Below the pieces are notes generated by a model. The model saw nothing but the letters and a program-made list of their open reading frames with translations, did not search any database and had not been told where the DNA came from. Position numbers and translations under genes: made by a program. Of a stretch of 64,000 bases of DNA, positions 38,358 through 50,800 are shown in pieces (position 1 is the stretch's first letter; the number at the start of each line of letters is the position of its first letter). Source of the DNA: Hemiscyllium ocellatum (Eukaryota); assembly GCF_020745735.1 (NCBI RefSeq), contig NC_083416.1:33319131-33383130 (forward strand), in the 5' to 3' direction.

Positions 38358-40811
38358 CCATAGAACATAGAACATAGAAAAATACAGCGCAGTACAGGCC
38401 CTTCGGCCCTCGATGTTGCGCCGACCAAATCCTACCTAACCTACACTAGCCCAATAACTTCCATATGCCTATCCAATGCCTGCTTAAATGACCATAAAGA
38501 GGGAGAGTTCACCACTGCTACTGGCAGGGCATTCCATGAACTCACAACCCGCTGCGTAAAGAATCTACCCCTAACATCTGTCCTATACCTACCACCCCTT
38601 AATTTAAAGCTGTGTCCCCTCGTAACAGCTGACTCCATTAGCAGTAAAAGGTTCTCAGTGTCTACCCTATCTAAACCCCTAATCATCTTATACACCTCTA
38701 TCAAATCTCCCCTAAACCTTCTTTTCTCCAATGAGAACAGGCCCAAGTGCCTCAGCCTTTCCTCATACGATCTTCCTACCATGCCAGGCAACATCCTGGT
38801 AAACCTCCTCTGCACTCGTTCCAATGCCTCCACATCCTTCCTATAGTATGGCGACCAAAACTGCACACAATACTCCAGATGAGGCCGCACCAGAGTCTTA
38901 TACAACTGCAACATGACCTCAGGACTCCGGAACTCAATTCCTCTACCAATAAAGCCCAGTACGCCATATGCCTTCCTCACAGCACTATTTACCTGGGTGG
39001 CAACTTTCAGAGATCTGTGTACATGGACACCAAGATCCCTCTGCTCATCCACACTACCAAGTAGCCTACCATTAGCCCAGTAATCCATCTTCTTGTTACT
39101 CCTACCAAAGTGAATGACTTCACACTTAGCTACATTGAATTCCATCTGCCACCTTTCTGCCCAGCTCTGCAACCTATCTATATCCCGCTGTAACCTGCCA
39201 CATCCTTCTTCACTGTCCACAACTCCACCGACCTTTGTGTCATCCGCAAACTTGCTCACCCAGCTTTCAAGCCCCTCCTCTAGATCATTTATAAAGATGA
39301 CAAACAGCAACGGTCCCAAAACAGATCCCTGTGGTACACTGCTAGTAACTGCACTCCAAGATGAACCTAGTCCATCAACTACTACCCTCTGTCTCCTTCC
39401 AGCCAGCCAATTCCTAATCCAAACCTCTAATGCACCCTCAATGCCATACCTCCGTAGTTTTTGCATTAGCCTACCATGGGGTACCTTATCGAACGCCTTG
39501 CTAAAATCCATATACACCACATCTACTGCTTTACCCTCATCCATCTCCTTAGTCACCTTCTCAAAGAACTCAATAAGGTTTGTGAGGCACGACCTGCTCT
39601 TCACAAAACCATGCTGACTATCCTTGATCACATTATTCCTATCCAAATGTTCATAAATCTTATCCCTTACAATTCTCTCTAAGACTTTGCCCACAACAGA
39701 AGTGAGACTCCCTGGCCTATAGTTACTCGGGCTGTCCCTACTCCCCTTCTTGAACAAGGGGACCACATTCGCTATCCTCCAGTCTTCTGGTACTATTCCT
39801 GTTGACAATGACGACATAAAAATCAAGGCCAATGGCTCTGCTATCTCCTCCCTAGCTTCCCAGAGGATCCTAGGGTAAATGCCATCAGGCCCAGGAGACT
39901 TATCTATTTTCATCCTCTCCAGTATTCCCAAAACCTCCTCCCTACATACTTCAAGGCCATCCATTCTAATCACTTGTGACTCAATATTCACACCAGCAAC
40001 AGAGTCCCGTTCCTGAGTGAATACTGACGAAAAGTATTGATTTAGTGTCTCACCAATCTCCTCCGCCTCCACGCACAACTTCCCACTACTATCCTTGACT
40101 GGACCGATACCTACCCTAGTCATCCTTTTATTCCTGACATACCTATAGAAAGCCTTTGGGTTTTCCCTAATCCTACCAACTAAGGACTTTTCATGTCCCC
40201 TTCTCGCTGATCTTAGCTCTCTGTTCAGATCCTTCCTGGCCACCTTATATCTCTCAATCGCCCCAACAGAACCTTCACACCTCATCCTTACATAGGCCGC
40301 CCTCTTCCCTTTCACAAGGGATTCCAATTCCCTATTAAACCACGGCTCCCTCACAAGACCCTTTACTCCCTGCCTGACTGGTACATACTTATCAAGGACA
40401 CTCAATAGGTGTTCCTTGAACAATCTCCACATATCATTAGTGTTCTTCTCCTGAAGCCTGTTTTTCCAATCCACGCATCCTAAGTCATGCCTCACCGCAT
40501 CATAATTTCCCTGCCCCCAGCTATAGCTCTTGCCCTGCAGTGCACACTTATCCCTCTCCATCACTAAAGTAAAAGTCACCGAGTTGTGGTCACTGTCCCC
40601 GAAGTGCTTACCTACCTCCAAGTCTAACACCTGGCCTGGTTCATTACCTAGAACCAAATCCAGTATTGCCTCACCTCTTGTTGGCCTGTCTACATATTGT
40701 GTCAGGAAACCCTCCTGCACACATTGGACAAACACCAACCCATCTAACGAACTCAAGCTATAGCTTTCCCAGTCAATATCTGGGAAGTTAAAGTCCCCCA
40801 TAACAACCATA
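38358..40811 (-). mobile_element. Young 5'-truncated CR1 with an uninterrupted 789-codon ORF2 (38441-40810)
   Basis: The frame is open from APE VVMGDFN through the complete RT (FADD) to the natural stop. (ctatgtt)n tail. CCATA repeated at both junctions (38358-38362, 40807-40811). Confidence 0.95.
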
Positions 40812-43800
40812 TTCTCTCCATATTTATCCTTTTGTCCTTAATGTATTTGTAAAAACCCTTTGGATTTGCATTAATTCTATTTGCCAAAATTACCTCATGT
40901 CCCCTTTTTGCCCTCCTGATATCCCCCTTAAGTATACTTCGACTGCCTTTATACTTTTCTAAGGATTCACTCGATCTATCCTGTCTATACCTGACGTATG
41001 CTTCCTTCTTTTTCTGAACCAAACCCTCAATTTCTTTAGTCATCCAGCATTTCCTATACCTACCAGCCTTTCCTTTCACTCTGACAGGAATATACGTTCT
41101 CTGGATTCTTGTTATCTCATTTCTGAAGGCTTCCCATTTTCCAGCCGTCCCTTTACCTGCGAACATCTGCTCCCAGTCAGCTTTCAAAAGTTCTTGCCTA
41201 ATACCGTCAAAATTGGCCTTTCTCCAATTTAGAACTTCAACTTTTAGACCTGGTCTATCCTTTTCATCACTATTTCAAATCTAATAGAATTATGTTCACT
41301 GGCCCCAAAGTGCTCCCCCTCTGCCACCTGCCCTGCCTTATTTCCCAAAAGTAGGTCAAGTTTTGAACCTCTCTAGTAGGTACATCCACAAACTGAATCA
41401 GAAAATGTCCTTGTACACACTTAACAAATTCCTCTCCATCTAATGCTATGGCAGTCCCAGTCTATGTTTGGAAAGTTAAAATCCCCTACCATAACCACCC
41501 AATTTTTCTTACAGATACCTGAGATCTCCTTACAAGTTCATTTCTCAATTTCCCTCTGACTATTAGGAGGTCAATAATACAAACTCAATAAGGTGATCAT
41601 TCCTTTCTTATTTCTCCATTCCACCCAAATAACTTCCCTGGATGTATTTCCTGGAATATCCTCCCTTAGCACAGCTGTAATGCTATTATCAAAAACACCA
41701 CTCCCCCATCTCTCTTGCCTCCCTTTATATTCTTCCTGGAGCATTTGCATCCTGGAACATTAAACTGCCAGTCCTGCCCATCCCAGTCCCATGTTCCTAA
41801 CTATGCCCTGAGTTCATCTGCCTTCCCTGTTAGGCCCCTTGCATTGAAATAAATGCAGTTTAATTTATTAGTCCTACCTTGTCCCTGCCTGCCCTGACTG
41901 CTTGACTTGCTTCTGTTCTCAACTGTACTCATCTCAGATTGATCTCTTTCCTCACTATCTCCCATGGTCCCACCCCCACGTTACTAGTTTAAATCCCCCC
42001 GAGCAGCTCTAGCAAATTTCCCTGCCAGTATCTTAGTCCCCTTCCAATTTAGGTGCAATCCGTCCTTCTCGTACAGGTCACGTCTACCCCAAAAAAAATT
42101 CCAATGATCCAAATATGTGAATCCTTCTTCCATACACCAGCTCCTCAGCCATGCATTCATCTGCTCTATCATCCTATTCCTGCCCTCACTAGCTCGTTGC
42201 ATCGGGAGTAATCCAGATATTACTACTCTCGAGGATCTCCTTTTTAAATTCCCGCCTAACTCTCTGTAATCTCCTGTCAGAATCTCAACCTTTTCCCTTC
42301 CTATATCATTGATTCCAATGTGGACAATGTCCTCTTACTGGACCCTCTCCCCTGTGAGAACATTCTGCACCCTCTCTGAGACATCCTTGATCCTGGCACC
42401 AGGGAAGCAACACACCATTCTGACTTTTCGCTGCTGGCCACAGAAACGTCTGTCTATACTTCAGACCAGAGAATCCCGATCACAATTGATCTCTTGGAAC
42501 CCGACGTACCCCTTGTTGCATTAGAGCCAGTCTCATTACCAGAAACTTGGCTAATTGTGCTACATTCCCCTGAGAATCCATCACCCCTTACATTTTCCAA
42601 AACAGCATACCTGTTTGAAATGGGTATAGCCACAAAAGACTCTTGCACTAGCTGTCTACCTCTCTTATCTTTTCAGGAGTTAACCCATCTATGTGACTGT
42701 ATCTGAGACATTCCTCCCTTCGTACAACTGCCATCCATCGTATACTATTCTGTTGCAAATTCCTCATCGCTTCTAACTGTCTCTCCAACTGATCCATTCG
42801 ATCTGATAAGATTCGCAACCAACAGCATTTATGGCAGATATAATCCACAGTAACCCTTAAACTCTGTCATAAATACTGTCATGAAAACAGATTTATAATC
42901 CAATTCCATGGTTGGAAGACTGTATCCTTAAGATTGGCAGAGTGTCTTCTTTCTCTATTGAAGACATACTGGAAAACTTTAAAGGCTAAGGAAATTTCCG
43001 CTTTTGTCACACCAAATTGATTACAGCATTGTTTAATGTTGCCTTTTGGGTTAAGGAATGCAGTGATTACATTCCCAATCATGATGACTCAAAACCATAG
43101 CTGAGATCTGTAACTGTGTGGTTTATTTATACATGCTACTATATATTACAACATTGTGAGAAGAGCATGAGAGACACATAAAAGACCTGTTGAAGCAATT
43201 ACAGGTGGATAACTTAGTAATATATTTAGCTAAATGAAAATGAAAGATCTAATAGAATACCTTATTCCTAAAAGTAAATGAGAAATTATGAATGAGTGGG
43301 TTTTACCAGAAATCTGTGTGTATTTTCAGTACAGTAGCTGTACCTTTAACAAATTTGTTACAGAAACAAGCAGAACTGGTGTGGTCAATGGAATACCAGG
43401 CAGCCTTTGAGAAGCCGAAGTCAATTTTAATAAATGAACAAGTGTTGACCATCCCTGATTTTTCATATGACTTTGAAAATAGTGATTGTTTCCAGCAACT
43501 AGAAGGTAGCTCGAGTCTTCGTAAGAAATTATGAGTAGGGAATTCAGATATCAATGAGTAATTTTCCCAGAAGCTAAACCAATATCAGGGGAAAGACTCT
43601 ACTGTAGCAAAGGATATTTTGGAATTATTGTTGGCTCTTCAATACTTTGACGTCTAAATCTGACATGACAATAGAGAAATGTTAAACTACATTGACAACA
43701 ATAATGCATTGGCATTCTCCGAAAAGTTTAGAATTCTAAATGCAGTATCAAAATCTGTTATTCCAACCATTCAAATGTTAATGTTATACATATTTCTGGA

Positions 43801-44324
43801 ACCAATAATGTGATTGCATTGCATTGTCCTGAAGTTGAAAATTTATGATATGCTGAAATATTGTATGAGGGGAGAAAATAGATGTAAACTTGTGTTTTGC
43901 CATTTCTATCACATACTATATATTGAAACATGAGATGAAATTCCAGAAACAAAGAATGAAGGCTTGTAAAGACCACAACATTTTATTTTCTGTATTTTTG
44001 ATTGTGGACTAAAATGAAGAAAGGGATTGTTTTCAAAAGCAAGAACTTTGAAAAGAATTGCTGCACATTTAAAAGTAAATCACCAAAACTCAACATGTAT
44101 GATGTTTAAAGAGTTGCTTTGTTCAGGTCGTTGGTGGAAGATTGCAGATGGTCCAGCAACAGGTCATGTGCAGAGTGAGATATGGCAGGCAACAGGTAGC
44201 TCATTAATATGTGCAATTGAAACCATTCATAGATGCCAAAGATCACCAGCTTGATGACAACTCACTGGTTTCTGAGAAGATAAATAGCTTTTAGGTATAA
44301 ATGATAGAGGACAAAGCCCAGAGC

Positions 44325-44765
44325 ATTTATGGTGCAGTGGTAATGTACTTACTGTCAACCAGGAGGCCCAGACTCAAATCTCACTTGCTCCAGAAGTGTA
44401 AAATAATATCTCTGAACAGGTTAATTAGAAGATATTGAGAGGAAGAGGCATGGGGGAACTGTTAATAGACTATTAATTCAGAATCTCGTATGGACAAGAA
44501 TGGAATAGTGTAGGTTAGATGGGCTTCAGATGGTCGGTGCACCATCGAGGGCCGAAGGGCCTTTACTGCGCTGTAATGTTCTGTGTTTAAACTCAGCTAA
44601 TGCTCTGGGGATCTGGGTTCAAATCTTGCCACAGTACATGATGGAATTTGAATTCAATAAGAAATCTGAAATTTCAAGTTTGATGATGACCATGAAACCA
44701 TTATCATTTTTAAAAATCCATCTGGTTCAGTAATGCCCTTTAAAAAAATGAAGCTTTTTGTCCTT
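44325..44765 (+). mobile_element. Decayed tRNA-derived SINE pieces with a short CR1 3' tail inserted at about 44485-44590
   Basis: Box A/B-like ggtgcagtggtaatg and gggttcaaatc; ggaatttgaattcaataa body; CR1 tail gggccgaagggcctttactgcgctgtaatgttct. Confidence 0.55.
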
Positions 44766-45039
44766 AACTTTTCAATTTCTCCACTCATAAAAACTAATTA
44801 TACTTTGTTTATCTGAGTCTGTGTGTGCATGTATAGGAGTTTTAAAAAGTTTTAATCTGTGGAGCCATATGTTAGTAATTCATAGCTGTTTGTGATTGGA
44901 AATTGCTTATTTATAATAAATCACAGTTCCTATTAAGTACCGGAAACAGGTCAGTGTTTTCTGATAACTCAATTCCAACAGACATGTAAATCGAGCCTGT
45001 GTGCTTTGATTTAATCCTTAACTTTGGCAATCACCATGG

Positions 45040-45371
45040 TAGATTAGATTAGATTAGATTAGATTACTTACAGTGTGGAAACAGGCCCTTCGGCCCAACA
45101 AGTCCACACCGACCCGCCGAAGCGCAACCCACCCATACCCCTACCCCTACATATACCCCTTACCTAACACTATGGGCAATTTAGCATGGCCAATTCACCT
45201 GACCCGCACATCTTTGGACTGTGGGAGGAAACCGGAGCACCCGGAGGAAACCCACGCAGACACGGGGAGAACGTGCAAACTCCACACAGTCAGTCGCCTG
45301 AGGTGGGAATTGAACCCAGGTCCCTGGTGCTGTGAGGCAGCAGTGCTAACCATTGTGCCACCGTGCCGCCC
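45040..45371 (-). mobile_element. Full-length young HE1-type V-SINE
   Basis: GGGCGGCACGGTGGCACAATGGTTAGCAC (box A), GGTTCAATTCCC (box B), V-domain, CR1-like tail and (CTAAT)n terminus. Confidence 0.93.
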
Positions 45372-47267
45372 AGGCCTTGAGAATCAGCACATTCTCCCGG
45401 GCGGGTGGTAACAATTTGTCTTTCTTTATTGTAATGCTGTGTAGCCAGGGATATCCATTTCCCAACCACAGTCAGCTCAAGACCATATCTATGAACTGAT
45501 GTATACACCCAAACCATTTATGTGTTTGTGCCCTTCTTCCAACTGTTTCATTTTGGATGCACTGCATATTCAGACTAAAATGACTAGTTTTCTTTTAAGA
45601 CTATTTTCTGCATGGATTTTAATCTCTGGTGCACTATTCATCATGAACTCTGACAGAAATAAACATACCTGGGCTTTCCTTGCCTATGCTATACACGTTT
45701 CTATGATCTCAAACTTTTTCATTGGATTTCTAAATCTCCCTTCATTTAGCTATTGTGCTCTCCTCGATCCCATTTTTTAGTGCAAAGCCCTTCTCCCTCC
45801 TTTGCTTGTATTTACTGGCATACCCTTTTGTCTGTATGTTGATCCCTCTTGCAACACAGTGGTTTTCATTACCCATATTGTTACACTGCACTATTGTCTT
45901 GTCCCTTAATTTTTCAAATGTCACCACTAATGAGTTTTAAAATCTTTTCTGTGGCCCTTGTTATAAGGCCGACTCAGAGACTGGTCCCAGAGAGATTCAT
46001 TTGAAGATTGGACTAATGGTAAAACTTTATTTTCCGAGTAATCACTTCAGCACCTTATGAACCAAAACTCATCACTTCCATACCAATCTTTGGACTAAGC
46101 ATTCAACGCTCTGATCATATTTGCCTTTCACAATTTCTACTGCCCTTGCCAGCCTCAATTGTGGAAATGGACCATTCAAGCCTCTGGAATGTTGATGAAG
46201 TTGAACCTGTTCCAAAAGGAGTCATTATTTGGTATACCCCTCAGCTGAAAAAGGCAGTTGCTTCTTTGACTGTAGGCCATTTGCTTTGAAATACAAAAAA
46301 AAATTCAAGAGTTATATTTTAAATGTCAATATACTTTCATTGCAGTGACTGATTTCAGCATTCTGTCCTGCAATGCTAAGTTGACCAGCAAGTTGGCAAA
46401 TTTGTGGAGGTACATGAGATTTTAAAAGTACACGTAGGATTTCAAAGTTTTGATCTGAATTTAAATTTGAACATAGTTTGCTTTCAAATCAGAAAGAAAA
46501 ACACACCTTATTGACTACAATTATTGGCAGGCCAGCTGTTGTCAGCGAGACAAAAAAAAACAGGCCACGTTATTTTAATTTATTGGTCATTAAAAACATG
46601 TAGAAGGGAAAAAAGCAAGTTATGAATGTTTTACTAAATTTCAAATACTATTACTCCCTAATCAGAGCAGTATGTTCCATAGGTGGTTTGACTGAGTTTT
46701 TTTTCTTAAAAAAGAGGATTCTTTAATGTGATTACTGAATAGATGCTTGTTTTCACACCTGACCAGATTTATCTCTTGAATGCATTTGGAGTTTTTCTTT
46801 TCCAGTAGGGGTTTGTTTGAATGCTATCAAATGAAGTTGAACCAAGCTCATTTCTCTTCAGTGTCCATTTAAAATATTTCCAATTAGTATTACATAGCTT
46901 CCAATATGGAGACAGAGTGAAAGAGCACTGTGCTATGAGGAAGCATGGGACAAGTATTTGGGTAGGTGGTGAGGGGGAGATACAAGGTCCTTGGTCCAAC
47001 TGTCATAACGAAGGTTAGGACCTATGTTCTGGGAAATGGAGGCAGGCCTTCTAGCTTGATGACCTTGCTACATGCTTGGCTCCATTGCCACCTCAGGCCT
47101 GCGACAGCACTGAATTATTAATAAATTAAAGACTACACTTTAGATGGAAACTTTTTTTTTAAACAGGGTTTTTTATAAATGGAATTAGAGGTTGTTTGCC
47201 TCTACCTGCCCAGTTCCTCCACAAAAACCAGTCTAATCACACCTACACCACTCAAACATTTGAGAAG

Positions 47268-47815
47268 TCTAATTTTGGAATATTGCATGCAATTCTGGTC
47301 TCCTTTCTATTGGAAAGATGTTGTGAAACTTGAAAGGATTCAGAAAAGATTTACAAGGATGTTGCCAGGAATGGAGGATTTGAGCTAAAGGGAGAGGTTG
47401 AATAGGCTGGGGCTGTTTTCCCTGGAACATCAGAGGCTGAGAGGTGACCTTATAAAAAGTTTATAAAATCATGAGGGGCACGGATAGGGTAAATAGACAA
47501 GGTCTTTTCCCTGGGGTGGGGGAGTCCAGAATTAGAGGGCATAGGTTTAGGGTGAGAGGGAAAAGATAAAAGCTACCTAAGAGGCAACTTTTTCATGTAG
47601 AGGGTGGTATGTGTATAGAATGATCTGCCAGAGGAAGTGGTGGAGGCTAGCACAATTGCAACATTTAGAAGGCAGCTGGATGGGTATGTGAATAGAAGGT
47701 GTTTGGAGGGGTATGGGCCAGATGCTGGCAGGTGGGACTAGATTGGGTTGGGATATCTGGTCAGCATAGAAGAGTTGGACCAAAGGGTCTATTTCCATGC
47801 TGTACATCTCTATGG
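47268..47815 (+). mobile_element. CR1 3' fragment
   Basis: LEYCMQFWSPFYWKDVVKLERIQKRFTRMLPG and the CR1 3' UTR. Confidence 0.92.
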
Positions 47816-47859
47816 TAAGTCAATGTCAGTTAGGGCTATTTCATATTGATTATATATAT

Positions 47860-50800
47860 TTAATTTTATTAAATGAAAAAGATTGCACATGGGTTAAAGC
47901 TCAAATGAAAGATTACAAGGAGCATTGTTGTGTGATTTAGTTATGTCCAATTATTAAAAGCGTCATCTATTACAGAGGGATTAACAACAAATCAAACCAA
48001 AAGACCCACAAAAGGACAATTCTCAACACTGAAGACCATAATTGCTGAAGCTTGAGATAGCCAGTAGTGAAGACACTGACCTTTCTCCTCCACAACCTTG
48101 AGTCAAATAAGTTAGGGATTACTTTGATAGCTGAAAGCCTGCGATGCACTGGTTGTAAAGATCCTCTGTGCAATGGATATTAGTGGTATCAATCTATTTC
48201 CTCGAATCATGATTGTACTGCACAAGACTAGCCTTAAATCTAGCCTTTACCGGCTCTCAGATAACCTGAAAATGTGTTTGATGTTGGAAATGGGAACATT
48301 CACATTATGTAGAAGGGAGGTTCTTTCTTAAATTGGCCCACAGTTGTACATTATTAATACTTGTTTATCTATTACAGTAAAAAAAAAGGAAAAACAAACC
48401 AAAGTAGTTATTAAAAAATTTAATTCAGGTCAATCTTATGGAATGGAATGGAACACTTGTCAATGTTCAAACAGACGCACTTACAAATAATGCACAATGC
48501 TTTCAGATATTCTTTACAGAACATCAAAACTGGTAAGACAAATCATTTTACAATACAAAGTCTTATTTATGAAGTATTCCGACTGACTGAATGCAATGCA
48601 AAATTCCTTTTCCCTCAGATTAGATAATTCTAACATTGTGCAAAAGGTTTTGCCCAGTACAAGAATCAAGGATGGTAATAGTTCAAGCCTTGACTGCACA
48701 CTGATGGGCAGGGAACCACCTGGATTGATCTAGACATGGCTAGGATGATAGATAAGGTTCCAAGTCCACAGGCCCAATCAGAGGACCCTAGCAGCTTTGG
48801 TAGGATGACAGTCTCTCATGGTCAGAGTTAATCACTACATCATGGGGGTTGGGAGGGTCCCTTCACCTTAGGAAAGCATATTCAATTGATTAAACTAAAT
48901 ACAGAGCTCTGCTACTGGGCTACCTCTTTGCAGAGGCAACGGTTTCACATATGGCCTACGGCTGCAACTATGGCCTGGTGACAACTTCAGATCCTGTGCC
49001 AGGAGGCGTGGGTTAGGAGTCACAAGAGGTGGTTTTATGGGACAATCAGGCCAGCTGCAAGTTGCATCTAGAAGTTCCTGGTGACAATCCCAATCAACCC
49101 ACATACATGCAGGTAAAAATTCAAACTGGCTACCTATCTCTGCTGCGTTCATAGCCATTGCTTATCATGGCCTGCCTTGTGACAAGATCACAAGGATATG
49201 AACAGTGTTAATATTAATTCAATTTGTAATACAATGGAATAAAGTAAAGTAGACAATGAGAGACTTCCCAGTCACATTCTCTCTGCCTTTGGCAGATTTA
49301 AAACAGATTGTAAACATTTAACTTATATTGTGCTTAATGCTAAAGTTCAATATATTATCGGACAGAGATTCTTCAGGATTTTAAGACAGGATATGAAGCA
49401 ACCAGAACTTTGTACTTGGACAAACCATGATTTGCAAAAAAAAAGCCTGGTGCTTACAAGTACAAAGATAATGTTTGAGTTTAACTGAATATTTTAAACA
49501 TACACACCAATGCTGTGTTCCAAATAAACCTTAAGGTTTCATTTCCTGTGTACTTGTTAAAAAAACTAAAATTTTTTCAAGCAAATTCGCTTGGTTTAGA
49601 TTGACACCATAATAATTCAGGGTCTATTCTATATACAATGTTATAATTTGATATAAGTACAGGATTCTGAATGTACAGTAATAAGTTTGAGACTGCATCA
49701 TTCACAAGGTTTAAAAATAAACAATTAAAACAGAGCCCTGATTATATGCTCCACTTTGCACAACATTTTAAATTCAATACTTTCTTTAAAAAAAAGTTTC
49801 AAACCTTTGAATGGGTGGATTATTTTATAGTAGTTCTGCATAAATTTTAAATGTCAAATTACATCAAATACAGAAGAAAAACAACCGACTAGTGTTAAAT
49901 AAACACTTTTTCCACTGACAATGGGAGGGAAATGGCAGTGAGTAATAGTCAACAAAATGAGCAATAACTTGTGCCATATCATGAGTTGTCAAGGTAAACC
50001 AGCAAAAAGACAAAAGCATGGGTGTATTAAAAACAAAACCAAAATAATTAAATACCAAATATAGCTTATTAGAGTGAGGGGAGAAACAGGCATTTGAATG
50101 GTTAAGATGAATTCATGTAATAACGCAAGGAAACATTTGTTTAACATAGATATGTTTTTTTTAACCATAAGTTGCTACAAAGACTGAATTTATAAACTTC
50201 AAACATTTGAGACAATCAAAGATTTTGATTTTAATTATTGTTCAGTAATATTTTAGAAATATATTCCATTAATTATTAAAATTATCCACAAGCTATATTA
50301 TATAATTACTAGCAACTAGTGTGCGTTTAGGCATTAAGAAAAAAATGAAATATTTCAGACTTTAAAGGCACATTCAAAATTACCTTTCTAATCCTTTAAA
50401 AAATTTGGAAAAACAACTGAATTAAAGCTTAAAATGTTGATGAAAAAATAAGTCACCCAAATCAAGTGCAGCCTTAAAAATTATTTTTCAGTGATAATAC
50501 AGTGCATTACAATAACAATTTAGTGCTACACAGAAGAACGTAATTTTTATCCATGGGAAGAGAATTGTACATGTTAACTCAAATGGTAAATTACAATACC
50601 AGTAGTCCAGTAATATAATTTGGCACTACCTTTTTCATTAATGAGGTACAGTATACAGCAAACAAAATGTTTGCAGCCAAGCATTAGAAAATGAAAATAT
50701 TGCATTATTGGAATATTACTATTTATCAACTTAAAATGGATAGACAATACTATTTTCCAAGGCCACGGCCCTCCTTCAATTCCAGCCTCTGTTGCATTGT

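Larger units (their letters stand above)
36398..42865 (-). mobile_element. Long CR1 LINE (ORF1 through 3' tail), frameshifted, hosting two further insertions
   Basis: ORF1 YICHKCC..QLERQLEAM and DGLHLNW; APE and RT fragments; ctatgactct tail at 36398. Confidence 0.93.
33330..43830 (+). mobile_element. Heavily decayed Gmr1-type Gypsy internal region, split by nested insertions
   Basis: Gag knuckle FHCNHVRHIHSECWK (~33490), protease-like STGAAQ (~33780), integrase VGPLPKTK (~34655) and GPY-like DPYKV (~35790). RT start LVPKLDG..RKVN at ~36340-36397 resumes at 42870 (PFGLRNA). RT/RNase H connection MSGFYQK..PLTNLL at 43292. Confidence 0.85.

Noticed and set aside
45290-45371. tRNA-like sequence with box A and box B
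   Set aside because: It is the head of an HE1-type SINE, continuous with the V-domain and LINE tail, not a tRNA gene.
260-47800. Expected syntenic neighbour HMGXB3 downstream of SLC26A2
   Set aside because: I found no exon resembling it. Small exons could have been missed by eye.
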